A DNA stretch of 64,000 nt from Thermoplasmata archaeon (lineage in GTDB: Archaea; Thermoplasmatota; Thermoplasmata; Lutacidiplasmatales; UBA184). Below, one piece after another: positions 18,974 to 27,634 of the stretch. The notes below the pieces were generated by a model. The model worked only from the letters and a program-made list of their open reading frames with translations. It was not told the origin of the DNA and searched no databases. A program made the translations under genes and the position numbers. Position 1 is the first letter of the stretch. Each line of letters begins with the position of its first letter. The stretch spans positions 4,457 through 68,456 of the forward strand of contig JAKIVR010000003.1 of NCBI GenBank assembly GCA_022750455.1, given 5' to 3'.

Positions 18974-20602
18974 GTGGGACGGGCATCGTCGGGAGCTGGG
19001 TGGGGAGCTACGAGGAGTCGCTCTCGGACCCTGACCGCGCTGTCGATCGCGCTCGTCCTGGTCCTCGTGGTCGGTCTCGGTCTCCCATCCAGTGGTGGGG
19101 ACCGCTCGGTTCGATCGGGGAGCTCCCCCTCCACCTTCTCGGAAGTTCACGCGGAGAGTTCGACCTTGGCCGCTCGCTTCGTCCCTTCCTCGTGGACGGG
19201 GAAGGGCCCTTCTAACACCGTCCCGGTGGCCTCTTCACCGGAATCCCGAACCAACGTGCAGCCAACCGTGGAGCTCCGACCGACCTTCGGGGTTCGAACG
19301 CATAGTGGTCCGTTGGCGATCCTGCTGACCGCCAGCGCGTTGAACGATGACATCGGCCACAGCTTCCACGTGACCGCCCTGGTCTCGGGCGGGACCGGGC
19401 CGTACAACTACACCTGGTCGGACAACGCCTCGGGGTTCCTCTTGGCGAACGTGTCGTATGCCTCCACCTACGTCGACTCGCCGTACATCGACGGTCCGAA
19501 TGTGGTTTCGGTCGTCGTGCGCGACACGGCCGACGCGAACATCAGCTCCAACGTGACCGTGTACGTCTCGCCACCCCTCGATGCAGCCCCCTACTACCTC
19601 GGGCCCGGAGGGATCGAAGTGTTCTCGCCGCTATACACCGACGTGGGACAGAGCCTCACGTTCTATCCAAATCTCTTCGGCGGCTTGCCCCCGTACACGT
19701 ACCTCTGGACGTTCGGGGACCCGACGGGACCGTTGACCACCCCGAACGGGACCCACGTCTACAACGCGCCGGGTAACTACACGGTCCGACTCCAAGTGAC
19801 GGACTGGACCGGGGCGACGATCAACGCGACGACCGAAGTCTTCGCGAACGCGACGCCCACCGGGCGTCTCGGGTTCCCTTCGGCGACCGACTCCGGGGTC
19901 GCCGAGGAGTTCAAGCTCGCCGCGCTGAACGGGACCCCCCCATTCCTCTACACGCTCCAGTTCGGTGACGGCAACAGCTCGTCGGGCACGATCGGACTGG
20001 GCCGAACCGCCCCGCTCGTGGTCCACCCGTACTACCTGACCGGCGTGCTGACGGTCCGATTGACCCTCGAGGACGCGGTCGGGTCGTTCCTGAACCAGTC
20101 GTGGGAGATCTCGATCGCGCCCCCCCCCTCGGTGACCAGCATCGGGCCTCCGGGGCCGCTCCAACCCGGCGACTCCGCCCCGTTCCTCGTGAACGTGACC
20201 GGGGGGACCCAACCGTTCCGATATCTCTGGTCGTTCGGCGACGGCGCGGACGGCACCGGCCCCTCCGTCACCCACAGCTATCTGACGGCGGGCTCGTACA
20301 ATGTCGTCGTCAGCGTCACGGACGCTGCCAACTACACCGCCGTCGGATACGTCCTCGTCGTGGTCAACCCGACCCCCGCGCCGAACGCGGGGCTCATCGG
20401 GGCCGCCGAGACGGCCGTTCCCGCGTTCCTCGTCGGCCTCGTGGCCGGGATGTTGATCATGGTCCTCGAGGCCCGCTCCCGCCAGCGGCGGCAGCACCCC
20501 GAGACCCCGGAACCCGTGAAGGAAGATCCGTTCCGGATCGGGCCCCCGAGGTCACCGCCGGCGCTCGAGGCCGGACCCGACGAGACTCCCCCCCTCGAAT
20601 AG
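18974..20602 (+). CDS. PKD-domain surface protein with C-terminal TM anchor
   Basis: Signal-like N-terminus; repeated GG..PY.Y.W.FGD / H.Y...G.Y.V.L.VTD motifs; C-terminal TM. Confidence 0.85.
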   Translation: MGRASSGAGWGATRSRSRTLTALSIALVLVLVVGLGLPSSGGDRSVRSGSSPSTFSEVHAESSTLAARFVPSSWTGKGPSNTVPVASSPESRTNVQPTVELRPTFGVRTHSGPLAILLTASALNDDIGHSFHVTALVSGGTGPYNYTWSDNASGFLLANVSYASTYVDSPYIDGPNVVSVVVRDTADANISSNVTVYVSPPLDAAPYYLGPGGIEVFSPLYTDVGQSLTFYPNLFGGLPPYTYLWTFGDPTGPLTTPNGTHVYNAPGNYTVRLQVTDWTGATINATTEVFANATPTGRLGFPSATDSGVAEEFKLAALNGTPPFLYTLQFGDGNSSSGTIGLGRTAPLVVHPYYLTGVLTVRLTLEDAVGSFLNQSWEISIAPPPSVTSIGPPGPLQPGDSAPFLVNVTGGTQPFRYLWSFGDGADGTGPSVTHSYLTAGSYNVVVSVTDAANYTAVGYVLVVVNPTPAPNAGLIGAAETAVPAFLVGLVAGMLIMVLEARSRQRRQHPETPEPVKEDPFRIGPPRSPPALEAGPDETPPLE

Positions 20603-20616
20603 GGGGCTCACGCCGC

Positions 20617-20826
20617 CTACGGCTCGGCGGCGGCGCCCACGGTCACGGGCGCGTCGAGGGCGATATCGCCCGAGCGACGGCGGCGGCGCTCCCGGCGCAA
20701 GGCGGCGATCTCCCGATCCAGCTCGCGGAGCTCTTTGGCGGCCCGTCGGAGCCGGTGCCGGGCAATCGTCTCCAACGTGTCGATCTCTCGGTCCAGCACC
20801 TCGTCGGACCCACGGAACTCCGACAT
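20617..20826 (-). CDS. Small basic coiled-coil protein (69 aa)
   Basis: ATG at 20826 (MSEFRGSDEVLDREIDTLE...); heptad pattern; fills the gap downstream of the ALDH gene. Confidence 0.55.
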   Translation of the reverse strand: MSEFRGSDEVLDREIDTLETIARHRLRRAAKELRELDREIAALRRERRRRRSGDIALDAPVTVGAAAEP

Positions 20827-20879
20827 GGACCGCCTGGGATGGCTCACCGAAAGTGGGGCGGATAGTCCCGGGAGACGGG

Positions 20880-22400
20880 TTACGGGGACTCCTCGATCTG
20901 GGCCTTCTGCAGGCGGTTGGAGAAGTCGATGAAGACCGTCTTGAGCTCGGTGAACTCCTCGATGGCGACGCTGCCGGCCTCCCGACCGCCGTTGCCGGTG
21001 TTCTTGATGCCCCCGAACGGCAGCTGTACCTCCGCCCCGATCGTCGGGGCGTTCACGTAGGTGATGCCGGCCTCCAGGTCGTCCATGGAGCGGAACGCCA
21101 GATTGACGTTCTGCGTGTAGATCGACGAGGAGAGTCCGTAGTCGACGCCGTTGGCGATGCGGACCGCCTCCTCGTAGTCCCGGAACCGGATCACCGACAG
21201 CACCGGTCCAAAGATCTCCTCGAGGGAGAGTCGGGAGCCGTGCTGGACCGAGAAGATCGTCGGGGCGATGAAGTGACCGCGATCGTAGACGCCGCCGGTC
21301 AACTTCTGGCCTCCACAGAGGAGCTTCGCCCCTTCCGCCTTGCCGATCTCGATGTACTCGAGGATCTTCTGCTCCTGGTCGGCGGAGGCGACGGGCCCCA
21401 TGTCGATGGCGGGGTCCAGCGGGTCCCCGACCTTGAACGTCTTCACGCGCTCCAGGAGCTTCGCCAGGAACTGGTCGTGGATCGAATCCTGGAGCAGGAG
21501 ACGGCTCGTGGCGGTGCACCGTTGACCGGCCGTGCCGAAGGCGCCGAAGAGGACGCCGTCCAAGGCGAGGTCGAGGTTGGCGTCGCCCATCACGATCATC
21601 GGGTTCTTTCCGCCGAGCTCGAGGTGCACCATCTTGAGGTGCTGCGCGCCCCGAACGTTGACCTGTCGCCCCGTGTCGACGCCCCCCGTGAAGGAGACCG
21701 CTCGGACCCGTGGGTCGTCGATCAGGGCGTTTCCGACCGTCGCTCCGGCGCCGGTCACGAGGTTGAGGACCCCGGGGGGAAACCCGACCTCGTGGTACGC
21801 ACGGACGATCTCGGCCGCACAGCCCGCCGTGTTGGACGCCGGCTTCAGCACCACGGAGTTGCCGGCCACCAGGGCCGCGGCGATCTTCCAGTTCGGGATC
21901 GCCGTGGGAAAGTTCCACGGGGTGATGCTGGCGATGACGCCCTTCGGTTGGCGCACAGTGAGGCAGAACTTGTGGTGGAGTTCCGACGGAACCGTCTCCC
22001 CCGCGAGGCGGCGCCCTTCGGAGGCGATGTAGTCGACGAAGTCGATCGACTCCTGCACGTCCCCCAAGCCCTCCTCGATGACCTTGCCCATCTCTTCGGT
22101 CACGAGACGCCCGAGCTCCGGCTTACGGCGCCGGAGAACGTCGGCGACCTGCCGGAGGAGTTCCCCTCGGTGGGGGGCGGGGGTGTCCCGCCACGCCGGG
22201 AACGCCTGCGCCGCGGCCGTGACCGCGCGAGTGGCATCCTCGGCGGTCGCCGAGACGAAGCTCCCCACGAGGGCGCCGGTGGCCGGGTTCTTCGTTTGAA
22301 ATCGAGGGGCGTTCGGAGGCGATTCCCAGGTCCCATGGATGTAGAGTCCGTACTCGGTTGCTGTCAAAGTTCGCACCAGCTCTCTGGAGGGGCTCGACAC
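20880..22400 (-). CDS. NAD(P)-dependent aldehyde dehydrogenase
   Basis: ITPWNFP, VLKPA, FTGG, ELGGKNP, catalytic GQRCTA, EEIFGPV, PFGG; start may be GTG 22376. Confidence 0.95.
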   Translation of the reverse strand: MSSPSRELVRTLTATEYGLYIHGTWESPPNAPRFQTKNPATGALVGSFVSATAEDATRAVTAAAQAFPAWRDTPAPHRGELLRQVADVLRRRKPELGRLVTEEMGKVIEEGLGDVQESIDFVDYIASEGRRLAGETVPSELHHKFCLTVRQPKGVIASITPWNFPTAIPNWKIAAALVAGNSVVLKPASNTAGCAAEIVRAYHEVGFPPGVLNLVTGAGATVGNALIDDPRVRAVSFTGGVDTGRQVNVRGAQHLKMVHLELGGKNPMIVMGDANLDLALDGVLFGAFGTAGQRCTATSRLLLQDSIHDQFLAKLLERVKTFKVGDPLDPAIDMGPVASADQEQKILEYIEIGKAEGAKLLCGGQKLTGGVYDRGHFIAPTIFSVQHGSRLSLEEIFGPVLSVIRFRDYEEAVRIANGVDYGLSSSIYTQNVNLAFRSMDDLEAGITYVNAPTIGAEVQLPFGGIKNTGNGGREAGSVAIEEFTELKTVFIDFSNRLQKAQIEESP

Positions 22401-22458
22401 TCTCGGGCCTCAATAAGGAGTCGCCGTCCCGGGGGCCGCACCGGCCGGGTAAGCCGCA

Positions 22459-22468
22459 GGATTTAAGG
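22459..22468 (+). promoter_or_regulatory. Putative TATA box (GGATTTAAGG) for leaderless serS
   Basis: AT-rich box about 25 bp upstream of GTG 22490 in a GC-rich background. Confidence 0.45.
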
Positions 22469-22489
22469 GACGGTCGGGGTAGTTGGGCC

Positions 22490-24004
22490 GTGCCGAACCG
22501 ACTGCGAGCCGAGGTCCTGCTCAGTTCCGCGCCCGAGGGCGGCCGAGCGGCGCTCGAGCCGATCGTCACGGCCCTCGCGAACGAGGCGATCGAGAAGACG
22601 CTGAACCGACGAGGCGGAGGTCGCGTCGTCGAATGGGAGCTCGCGGGTCCGACGTTGTCGATCACGATCGAAGCCCCCGAGGCCCGCCCGCACGGCACCC
22701 TCCTCGCATTCTCCCGCCGGCTCGGGGAAGAGCTCGGCCGGGCCCAGAAGATCGGGGTGCGATCCCTCCGGGCCCCGGAGTACCGCCTCGAGTTCATCCT
22801 CGCCGTCCTCCCGACGACCCCGGTATCGATCCCGATCCCCCACACCCTCACGCTGGACGGTGACCGGGCGACCCTGACGCTCCTCGACCTCGACGAGACC
22901 GCGCTTCGGGAGAACTGGGCGGACCGCGCAGTCAAACTGTTGGAGGAGAAGATCCGCCGACAATCGTACGCCGGCAAGGAGCAGTACTGGACGCTGCTTC
23001 GAGCTCCGATCGCTCGCGAACCGAAGTTCCTCCAGGACCCGACCGAGGCGATGATCAAGCGGCAGTGGGTGCGGGGAGGCCCGACGAAGGGGAAGTGGTT
23101 CCTCGGCCCGTCCGCGGCCCACCTCCTCCGGACGATGGAGCGGATCGCCCGCGAGGAGGTGCTGCTGCCCCTCGGATTCCGCGAGGTCGTGCAGCCCCAT
23201 CACGACTCGTTCGAGACCCTCCTCAAGACCGGCCATCTCGAAGGGTTGCCCGGGGAGTTCTACTACGTCGTCGAACCGAAGAGCCGGGACCCGGCCGTCT
23301 GGGAGCGGTTCACCGACCTCGTGAAGATCACCCAGGCGGTTCCGACCGAGGAGCTGGCCCGGCTCGTCACGGGCCCGACGGCCGTCCTCTGCTACGCCCA
23401 GTGTCCGACGACGTACTGGTGGCTCTCCGGGCGCACCCTCGCGACCGACAGCCTCCCCCTCTTGGTCTTCGACCGGGCGGCCGTCTCCAACCGGTACGAG
23501 AGCGGTGGGCGCCACGGGCTGGAGCGCGTCGACGAGTTCCACCGGATCGAGCCCGTATACCTCGGAACGCCGGAGCAGCTGGTCGCGCTCCGCGAGCGCC
23601 TTCTCGAGAGGTACATCCACGTCTTCGACAAGATCCTCGAACTCGAGTGGCGCACCGCCTGGGTGACGCCGTTCTTCATGCAGCAGGCCGGGGTCATCGC
23701 GTCGGACGATCCCCACCAACGGATCCAGGGGACCATCGATTTCGAGGCGTGGCTTCCGTACCGCGGCACCCGGGAGGGCTCGGAGTGGCTCGAGTTCCAG
23801 AACCTCTCCATCGTCGGGGACAAGTACACGAAGGCGTTCACGATCAAGACGCAGAAGGGCGAGCTGTGGAGCGGCTGCACGGGCATCGGGCTTGAGCGAT
23901 GGATGGTGGCGTTCCTCGCCCAGAAAGGCCTCGATGTGGATGGCTGGCCGGACGGATTCCGCCGCTATGCGGAGCCCCTCCCGAACGAACTCCACTTCCT
24001 CTAG
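22490..24004 (+). CDS. serS: Seryl-tRNA synthetase, methanogenic (type 2, zinc-dependent) form
   Basis: Signatures YAQC, RYESGGRHGLERVDEFHRIE, WLEFQN, WSGCTGIGLERW; GTG 22490 avoids overlap with the divergent ALDH. Confidence 0.9.
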   Translation: MPNRLRAEVLLSSAPEGGRAALEPIVTALANEAIEKTLNRRGGGRVVEWELAGPTLSITIEAPEARPHGTLLAFSRRLGEELGRAQKIGVRSLRAPEYRLEFILAVLPTTPVSIPIPHTLTLDGDRATLTLLDLDETALRENWADRAVKLLEEKIRRQSYAGKEQYWTLLRAPIAREPKFLQDPTEAMIKRQWVRGGPTKGKWFLGPSAAHLLRTMERIAREEVLLPLGFREVVQPHHDSFETLLKTGHLEGLPGEFYYVVEPKSRDPAVWERFTDLVKITQAVPTEELARLVTGPTAVLCYAQCPTTYWWLSGRTLATDSLPLLVFDRAAVSNRYESGGRHGLERVDEFHRIEPVYLGTPEQLVALRERLLERYIHVFDKILELEWRTAWVTPFFMQQAGVIASDDPHQRIQGTIDFEAWLPYRGTREGSEWLEFQNLSIVGDKYTKAFTIKTQKGELWSGCTGIGLERWMVAFLAQKGLDVDGWPDGFRRYAEPLPNELHFL

Positions 24005-24067
24005 GGCCGCGTCCCCTCGACGCCATCGATAAGGCCGAGGTCGGGTCCGGAGCAACTCGGAGGACGC

Positions 24068-25807
24068 ATGGCGCAGAGGCGATTGGACGAGTTCTCCGCC
24101 GCCCCGGACGGGGCCCCGATCCGCCTCCCGCCGCCTCCCCGTCCGGACCAGCTCCCGGGGATCTGGCAGGTCGACGACGGATACATCCGGCATCCCCTGA
24201 TCGAGCCGCGAACGCTCCTCGCCCGTCCGTTCCAGCTGGATCTCGCGCGCATCGGCGTCGCCGAAGACCTTCTCCTCGTGTTGCCGACCGGGATGGGCAA
24301 GACCGTGATCGCCGCGTTGGTGGCGGCGGAGGTGCTCCGACGGGGGACCGGTAAGATCCTGTTCGTCGCCCCCACCCGTCCCCTCGTCGATCAGCACGCC
24401 GATTCGTTCGCGAAGTGGCTCGGGCCGACGCGACGGGCCCGTTTCATGGGCAGCGTCCGGGCGCCCGTCCGGGAGGGCTCCTGGGAGGGCGCTGAGGTCG
24501 TCTTCGCCACCCCCCAGATCATCGTCGCTGACCTGACGGCGGGGCGGTACGACCTCTCCTCGGTGGCGCTGCTCGTCGTCGATGAGGCGCACCGGGCCGT
24601 GGGGCGCTACGCCTACGTCCCGATCGCCGAACGGTTCCGTTCCGACCGGTCCCCCGGCTCCCGCTTGCTCGCCCTGACCGCCTCCCCCGGGGGCGAACTC
24701 GAGCGGATCGAGGGCGTCGTGGCGACCCTCGGGGTGACCCGGGTCGAAGCGCGCCACCGGACCGACGAAGGGGTCCAGGAGTTCGTTCCGGAGGTCAAGG
24801 TCGAGACGGAGTGGGTCCAGCTCACGGGGGTCTCTCAGCAGCTCCAAGACTCGCTCCGCCAGGCGATCCATGACGAGGGGGTTCGACTGCAGCGGATGGG
24901 GTTCCTTCGCCGACGCCCCCTGACCTCGCTCACCGTCACGGAGATCCTCCATGTGCGAGCGGAGATCTTCGCCCGGCCCGGTCCGATGGTCCGCAAGTTC
25001 GGGCCGCTGCTCCGGCAACAGGTAATCCTCCACCTCTCCCACGCGATGGAGCGGCTCGAGACCCAGGGGGTCGGTCCGTTCCTCGCCTATCTCGACCGGG
25101 TCGAGGCGAAGCCGAAGAAGAGCCGGGCCGACTCGTCGTTCCTGAAGCGGCCGGAGGTCGTCGCCGCCCGCACCACGGCCGCCGCCTGGCTCGCCGAGAA
25201 CCCGGACGCCTCGCACCCGAAGATCGACGTGCTCCGCCGGCTGGTCGCGGCGGAGCGGGCCGTCCCTCGGGACCGCCTCCCCCGGATCCTCATCTTCGCC
25301 CAGTACCGGGACACCATCGAGAGCATCGTCTCGGCGCTCCAGGTCGAGGGGGTGCGCGTCGAGCGGTTCGTCGGACAGTCGACCCGGGACGCGGGGGACA
25401 AGGGGATGAGCCAAAAGGAGCAGCACCAGGTGCTCGACGACTTCCGGCACGGCCGCTTCGAAGTGATGGTCGCGAGCAGCGTCGCCGAGGAGGGGATCGA
25501 CATCCCGGACGTCGACGTCGTCGTCTTCTTCGAGGCGGTCCCGAGCGAGATCCGGGCGATCCAACGCCGGGGACGGACCGGACGGAACGCCGTCGGACGG
25601 GTCGTGATCCTCCTGACCGAAGGCACCCGGGACATCGGGTATCAGAAGGCCGAGGTCCGCCGGGAGGCCTCCATGGTCCGGGTCATTCGCGGCATTTCGC
25701 GCCGCGGGAGGGCCCGGGCGGCCGCCGACAAGCTCCGGGACGCCGCCGCAGCCAAGGCGGGAGATAAATCCATCGACGGAGCCCCGTTGGAAGAGGAGTC
25801 TAAATAG
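24068..25807 (+). CDS. hef: Hef/FANCM-family (ERCC4-like) SF2 helicase, helicase portion only
   Basis: RPFQ Q-motif, LPTGMGKT, APTRPLVDQH, DEAHRAVG, LTASPG, HPK, RFVGQ, GMSQKEQ, EEGIDIP, QRRGRTGR. Confidence 0.9.
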   Translation: MAQRRLDEFSAAPDGAPIRLPPPPRPDQLPGIWQVDDGYIRHPLIEPRTLLARPFQLDLARIGVAEDLLLVLPTGMGKTVIAALVAAEVLRRGTGKILFVAPTRPLVDQHADSFAKWLGPTRRARFMGSVRAPVREGSWEGAEVVFATPQIIVADLTAGRYDLSSVALLVVDEAHRAVGRYAYVPIAERFRSDRSPGSRLLALTASPGGELERIEGVVATLGVTRVEARHRTDEGVQEFVPEVKVETEWVQLTGVSQQLQDSLRQAIHDEGVRLQRMGFLRRRPLTSLTVTEILHVRAEIFARPGPMVRKFGPLLRQQVILHLSHAMERLETQGVGPFLAYLDRVEAKPKKSRADSSFLKRPEVVAARTTAAAWLAENPDASHPKIDVLRRLVAAERAVPRDRLPRILIFAQYRDTIESIVSALQVEGVRVERFVGQSTRDAGDKGMSQKEQHQVLDDFRHGRFEVMVASSVAEEGIDIPDVDVVVFFEAVPSEIRAIQRRGRTGRNAVGRVVILLTEGTRDIGYQKAEVRREASMVRVIRGISRRGRARAAADKLRDAAAAKAGDKSIDGAPLEEESK

Positions 25808-25835
25808 CCACTTCCGACTCGAACGGCCCAATCCC

Positions 25836-25949
25836 ATGGATTGGCTCCAACTGCTCGCCGCGAACCTCGGTTCGGTGACGTTCACGGTCATTTCGTTGAT
25901 CCTGTTCGCCTACCTCGCCTACGCGATGGCCCGGCCCGAGCGTTTCTAG
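25836..25949 (+). CDS. kdpF: K+-transporting ATPase small subunit KdpF (37 aa; absent from the ORF track)
   Basis: Hand translation MDWLQLLAANLGSVTFTVISLILFAYLAYAMARPERF*; the YL.YA..RPERF C-terminus is the KdpF signature; directly upstream of kdpA. Confidence 0.9.
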   Translation: MDWLQLLAANLGSVTFTVISLILFAYLAYAMARPERF

Positions 25950-25962
25950 GGCAGCGTGGACC

Positions 25963-27633
25963 GTGGTCGAAGTATCCGCTGTCACTGAAGTCCTGCTGTT
26001 CTTTGCCCTCCTGTTGGGCGTCGCGATCCCGTTCGGGTCGTACATGGGTCGGGTGTACACCAACCGACCTATGCTCGGCGACCGGTTCCTCGTGCCGGTC
26101 GAGAGGTGGCTCTACCGGCTGCTCGGCGTCAACCCCCGGGATGCGATGGGGTACCGCGAGTACTCGATCGCGTTCCTCCTCTCCTCGGCGATGATCGCCG
26201 TCTGGACGTTCCTCATCCTCACGTTCCAAGCCTCCCTGTTCCCTGGCCCGGTCCCGTTCACCGCGATGACCTGGGAGACGAACATCCACACGACGGTCAG
26301 CTTCCTCACGGCGACCGACTTCACCCACTTCGCCCCCGAGGTGAACATGACCCAGTGGGGGAACCTGCTCGGCCTCGAGGTCCCGATGTTCTTGGCCCCC
26401 GCGGCCGCGCTCTCCGTCACCGCGGCGTTCGTGCGGGGGTTCATCCGCCACGACGGGCGGCTCGGCAACTTCTACGTCGACATGATCCGGACGACCACCC
26501 GGATCATCATCCCGCTCTCGATCCTCGGAGCGATCGTACTTCTCCTGCTCTCGGTCCCGGCGTCGTACCCGGCGCTCCCGTGGGCCGGTCCCGGCGTCCA
26601 CACCCCCGGATTTCCCGGGCCCGTCGCCGCGATGCAGTCGATCGTCTACGTCGGCAGCAACGGGGGCGGCTGGACGTCGGCGAACGCGGCGTCGGCGCTC
26701 GCGAATCCGTCGATCTGGACCCAGTACATGGGCATGGGGCTGTTCCTGCTCCTGCCGTTCGCCTTCCCGTTCGCCTTCGCGACGATGGTGCGCCGACCGG
26801 GGGAGGCGTGGCCGTACCTGGGGGCCGTGCTGATCACCTTCGCGGTCGGTCTGATCCTGTTCATCTCGTTCGAGGGGGTCGCGAGCCAGGCGGCCGCGGG
26901 GTATCGGTTCGGTCTCGTGCCGGATTCGACGTTCCAGTTCGCCAGCGTCTACTCGAACACGGGGGCGAACAACCTCCAGATCGCCTACGTCTCTCCCATT
27001 CCCCAGATGACGTTGTTATTCGGGATGTTCACCCAAGCGACCCCCGGATCCGACGGGGTCGGGTTCGGTACGCTGCTCGTCTTCGCCCTGCTCGCCGTCT
27101 TCATGGGCGGCCTGATGGTCGGCCGGACCCCGGAGTATCTGGGCAAACACATCAACGTCACCACGATGCGGTGGACCGCTCTCGTCTTACTGTACCATCC
27201 GGCGATGGTGCTCATCCCCACGGCCATCGCGTACCTGGGCGGTTTCGTCCCGCCGGCGGTGGCGTTCGGGAGCTTTCCGGGGTGTGCCTCGGCGACGTGC
27301 ATGAATTCGCACGCCTTCACGACGGTCCTGTACGAGTTCGCCAGCGAGAGCGCCAACAACGGGTCGTCCATGTCGACGTTCAACGACGCCACGCCGTTCT
27401 TCAATCTCATGGGCGCGGCCGTGATCCTGGTGGGCCGGTTCCTCCCGATGCTCGCGATGCTCCGCATCGGCTCGGAGTTCTCGAAGAGCCAACCGATCCC
27501 GCCGGGTCCCGGGACGCTGCAGACGTCGAGCCTGACGTTCATGCTCTATCTCACGGTCCTGCTGATCATCGTCTCGGCGTTGCTCTTCTTGCCGGTGATC
27601 GCGCTGGGCCCGCTCGCCCAGCTCGGAGGGTGA
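25963..27633 (+). CDS. kdpA: K+-transporting ATPase subunit A
   Basis: PVERWLYRLLGV, LGNFYVD, GPVA, GSNGGG, GLMVGRTPEYLG, VLYEFAS.SANNGS, LFLPVIALGP. Confidence 0.95.
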   Translation: MVEVSAVTEVLLFFALLLGVAIPFGSYMGRVYTNRPMLGDRFLVPVERWLYRLLGVNPRDAMGYREYSIAFLLSSAMIAVWTFLILTFQASLFPGPVPFTAMTWETNIHTTVSFLTATDFTHFAPEVNMTQWGNLLGLEVPMFLAPAAALSVTAAFVRGFIRHDGRLGNFYVDMIRTTTRIIIPLSILGAIVLLLLSVPASYPALPWAGPGVHTPGFPGPVAAMQSIVYVGSNGGGWTSANAASALANPSIWTQYMGMGLFLLLPFAFPFAFATMVRRPGEAWPYLGAVLITFAVGLILFISFEGVASQAAAGYRFGLVPDSTFQFASVYSNTGANNLQIAYVSPIPQMTLLFGMFTQATPGSDGVGFGTLLVFALLAVFMGGLMVGRTPEYLGKHINVTTMRWTALVLLYHPAMVLIPTAIAYLGGFVPPAVAFGSFPGCASATCMNSHAFTTVLYEFASESANNGSSMSTFNDATPFFNLMGAAVILVGRFLPMLAMLRIGSEFSKSQPIPPGPGTLQTSSLTFMLYLTVLLIIVSALLFLPVIALGPLAQLGG

Positions 27634-27634
27634 C

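Noticed and set aside
22358-22489. N-terminal extensions in the ORF track (serS from 22358; also ftsZ from 54426, GATase from 34841, HAD from 50036)
   Set aside because: They overlap neighbouring genes and lack family similarity; downstream starts fit better
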